Source: Camelus dromedarius
Lineage: Eukaryota
Length of the DNA stretch: 64,000 nt
Direction of reading: 5' to 3'
NCBI RefSeq assembly: GCF_036321535.1
Contig: NC_087436.1
Location: 113,276,001-113,340,000, forward strand
Positions 61,240-64,000 of the stretch are shown piece after piece. The translations under genes were made by a program, and so were the position numbers. Position 1 is the stretch's first letter. Each line of letters starts with the position of its first letter. Below the pieces are notes generated by a model. That model was not told the origin of the DNA, made no database searches, and worked only from the letters and a program-made list of their open reading frames with translations.

Positions 61240-62100
61240 TCTACTTCACATTTAAAACAAGTCCTGTCACAATTCCAAAGGGATTTTTTCAAAAGGACTT
61301 TAACAGCTAGGAGCATAAACAGAAGAGACAATTAAAAAACGACTGAGGAAAAAAAGTATTCATATGGCCAGTCCTACAAAATATTAAAACATTGATGGTG
61401 TCCACGTGCAAGTATGTATGAATGGAGAACAAGAAGGGAGAGCTCAGAGGAGACCCCGTGACCCACTAGCAATAGGAGAAATGCAAACTGAAATAATATA
61501 GACTGTTCAGTTTAATTATAAAATTGAAAATTGATTCTAGACCCGTAGTGCTGGTCAATGGGTGTACGATGGATGTGTTCATATTCTGCTTGGGAGGATA
61601 GAAACTGAAAGGAGCTTTCTAGAAAACTGCTTGGACGTTTTTAGCAAGAGCCCTAAGTAAATCAGTACACTTTGATGCAATTATTCCACGTTTGACAGTG
61701 TATCCTGAGGAAATCATTCTAAATGTGGAAAACGCTTTATGCAGGCAGATGTTTATTCTTGTAATAATGAAAAAAAGGTAAACAAATTAGATCTGCCACA
61801 AGCAGGGGGAATTTAAGTCAATTATGGCACACGTACTCTCATTTTGCGCAGATATTAAAAATGATGGTTATGAAGACTAGATTAACAACGAGAAGTGTCT
61901 ATAATTTAATACGAAATTATATACTGTATAATTACATCTTGAAAAACAACAATTGTATATGCAGGAAAATGCTGGAAGGAAATGCAACAAAATATGAATA
62001 ACAGTTGGATTTGAATAGTTGGATTTATCAAATTATTTTTCTTTTTTTAAACTTTCTATATTTCTATAAGATGCTACTTTTATATGAGTCATTTAAAAAA
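61240..62100 (+). mobile_element. Ancient L1 ORF2 C-terminus and 3'UTR
   Basis: gaaatgcaaactgaaa...tatcctgaggaaatcattc...ggaaaatgctggaaggaaat. Confidence 0.7.
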
Positions 62101-62138
62101 AAAATCAGAGTAATGGCCTTCAAAATTGTAAAAGGTCT

Positions 62139-62518
62139 TGTGTTAGAGTTCTCCAGAAAAGCAGAATCAATAGGAGGTAAACATTCTGGGGAGAGAGGGA
62201 GAGAGATTTAATGTGAAGGATGGCCTCCCGTATTACGGAGGACGAGAAGCCCCACAACCTGCCACGTGCAAACCAGTGGTCCAGGAGAGGCAGTGGTGTC
62301 GCTCCAGGCTGTGTCCGAAGGCCTGAGAACCGGGAGAGCTGATGGTGTAAGTGCCAGTCTGAGTGCAGCAGAAGCTCAGCGTCCCAGCTTGAAGACAGGC
62401 AGAGCGTGAATCCTCCCTTCCCCAGCCTTTATTCTATCCAGACCTTCGATGGGTTGCATGAGGCCCACCGTCGTCAGGGAGACCAACCTGCTTTACTCAG
62501 TCTACTGATCCAAATGAT
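62139..62518 (-). mobile_element. ERVL LTR MLT2-like (truncated)
   Basis: tgtgttagagttctccagaaaagcagaatcaatagg...gtccgaaggcctgagaacc...ctgctttactcagtctactgatccaaatg. Confidence 0.85.
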
Positions 62519-62519
62519 G

Positions 62520-62700
62520 AAGCATGAGTTGGAACCTCAAATCTGGCACTTGCCAGCTTTGTTACCTTAGGAATGTTGCTTCACCTCTCTGTGCCTCAGT
62601 TTACGCATATGTGGCCTGGGCATCATGCTAGCATCTATCTCGTGGAGTTGCTCTGAGGATTAAGAGACATTGTGAGCAGAGCAATGTTATTATTGTTAGA
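62520..62700 (+). mobile_element. MIR SINE
   Basis: cacctctctgtgcctcagttt...gagttgctctgaggattaa. Confidence 0.75.
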
Positions 62701-63795
62701 GCTAAGGTTCAATCCCAGGTCTTCTGGCTCTAAGTAAATGTGCTGTTCTTGGTACTTACCTGACTTTATATAAAATGATGCCAGCACACAAAATCAAGTC
62801 AACGTATTCATCTGACATTTCACAGGAGCCAATTTCTCACAACTACCTTGCACATAAAAGAATCTGCTCATACCACGGCCAGCCAGGAAAGCTGCTCTTT
62901 CTCCAAAGAACCTTTGTTTGGTAGAAGCATCTGATGTACTTGGGAGCAGCCTCGCCCGCTGAAAGAACACAGCATCATTCTGCTTCTCCTGCATGGGCTG
63001 GTCCTTTTGCTTCTTCCAAGTCCAGTTTCCCTGAGGGTGTCATATGTCTCCCCAAAACGGACCATTGCTGCCTTGGGAACAATGTGCCAAATATTAAACA
63101 AAGGCTTCGTTTAGGTCCTGCCACTGGAGAGCTGAACCAAGGGTCAAATTCCATTTTGGGTTTCTCCAAGTCGCATCTCTCTCTGTTCACTTTAGCACAT
63201 ATTTTTGGAGAATGCAGACTAGAAACCTCTTCCCGCACCACCCCTTGGCGCACACACCACAGCTCTGTTCTGAAACTTCTCCCGTGACATGGTGGACCTC
63301 CCTCTTGGTTGAAGGAAACTCTTTGTTGGTGGTGCCTATTTGGAAACACATTTCTTCCAAAAAACTTGAGTGTATCTCAGTAAGCACTGTTCACATCACC
63401 CCAGGGCGGGAGGGTGTTTTCATTTTACTGGTAGAAACTTATGACTTGACTTACAATTGGAAGGATCATTGAGGACCATCTTGTGGCTCTCCTTTCTGAT
63501 GCTTTAGTGTGCTCAGCAGTATTACTGCCAAGTGGCGACCCTGCTCTGCCCTAATTCTACTCCAGAAGCTATCTGTTACGATTTCAAACAGCCTCATTTT
63601 GATTGAAAGATCTTTGTACGTGAACTAGGTGGACATATCATTTCTTAGAGTGGTCTTCATATGTCACGAAATTGGAGTATTTGAGAAAAGCATTTTGACA
63701 TGCTGACAAAAATTTATTTATTTGGCCCTGAGATAGGAGGCAATAAACTTTTGGGGAGTATTACTTTTATTTTCCATTTGTTCCACCAGATCTAC

Positions 63796-64000
63796 TTTAA
63801 ATAAATTGTAGTATAGTTGACTTACAATGTTGTGTTAGTTTCTGGTGTACAGCATAGTGATTCAGTTGTATGTGTGTGTGTGTGTGTGTGTGTGTATACA
63901 TATACATATATATATGTACATATATATACTTTTCATATTCTTTGTTGTTGCAGGTTATTACAAACTATGGATCTAGTTCCCTGTACTATGCAATATAAAC
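63796..64000 (-). mobile_element. Lineage-specific L1 3' end, runs off the window, with internal (TG)n/(TA)n
   Basis: gtatagttgacttacaatgttgtgttagtttctggtgtacagcatagtgattcagtt...tagttccctgtactat. Confidence 0.85.

Noticed and set aside
1..64000. CRISPR arrays, operons, defence systems or intact transposon ORFs
   Set aside because: Mammalian repeat landscape; no repeat-spacer arrays; all L1 and hAT coding remnants are broken by stops and frameshifts

Overview
Non-coding eutherian mammalian genomic DNA (intergenic or deep intronic), most likely from a camelid. That assignment rests on two young tRNA-Ala-headed SINEs of the Vic-1 type and on artiodactyl/camelid-type L1 3' ends. I find no credible protein-coding exon, RNA gene, CRISPR array or prokaryote-type system; the ORF track is noise from repeats and chance. 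Much of the window is fossil repeats (MIR, L2, old L1M, MLT1/MLT2/MER21/ERV1 LTRs, hAT), often nested, several with readable target-site duplications (TSDs). Between them lie repeat-poor islands (about 15.2-17.9, 24.2-26.7, 30.7-31.3, 33.7-34.3 and 36.3-38.4 kb) with enhancer- or insulator-like motif clusters. The best leads are: (1) a TSD-flanked, polyadenylated retrocopy of an already decayed L1ME-derived transcript inside a MER58 transposon (58384-59039); (2) a pre-miRNA-sized hairpin (16007-16094); (3) a divergent pair of CTCF-like motifs with a compressed RE1/REST-like site between them (31133-33989). Repeat subfamily names come from by-eye recognition, and boundaries without a TSD are approximate. 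I found no demonstrably new biological system.
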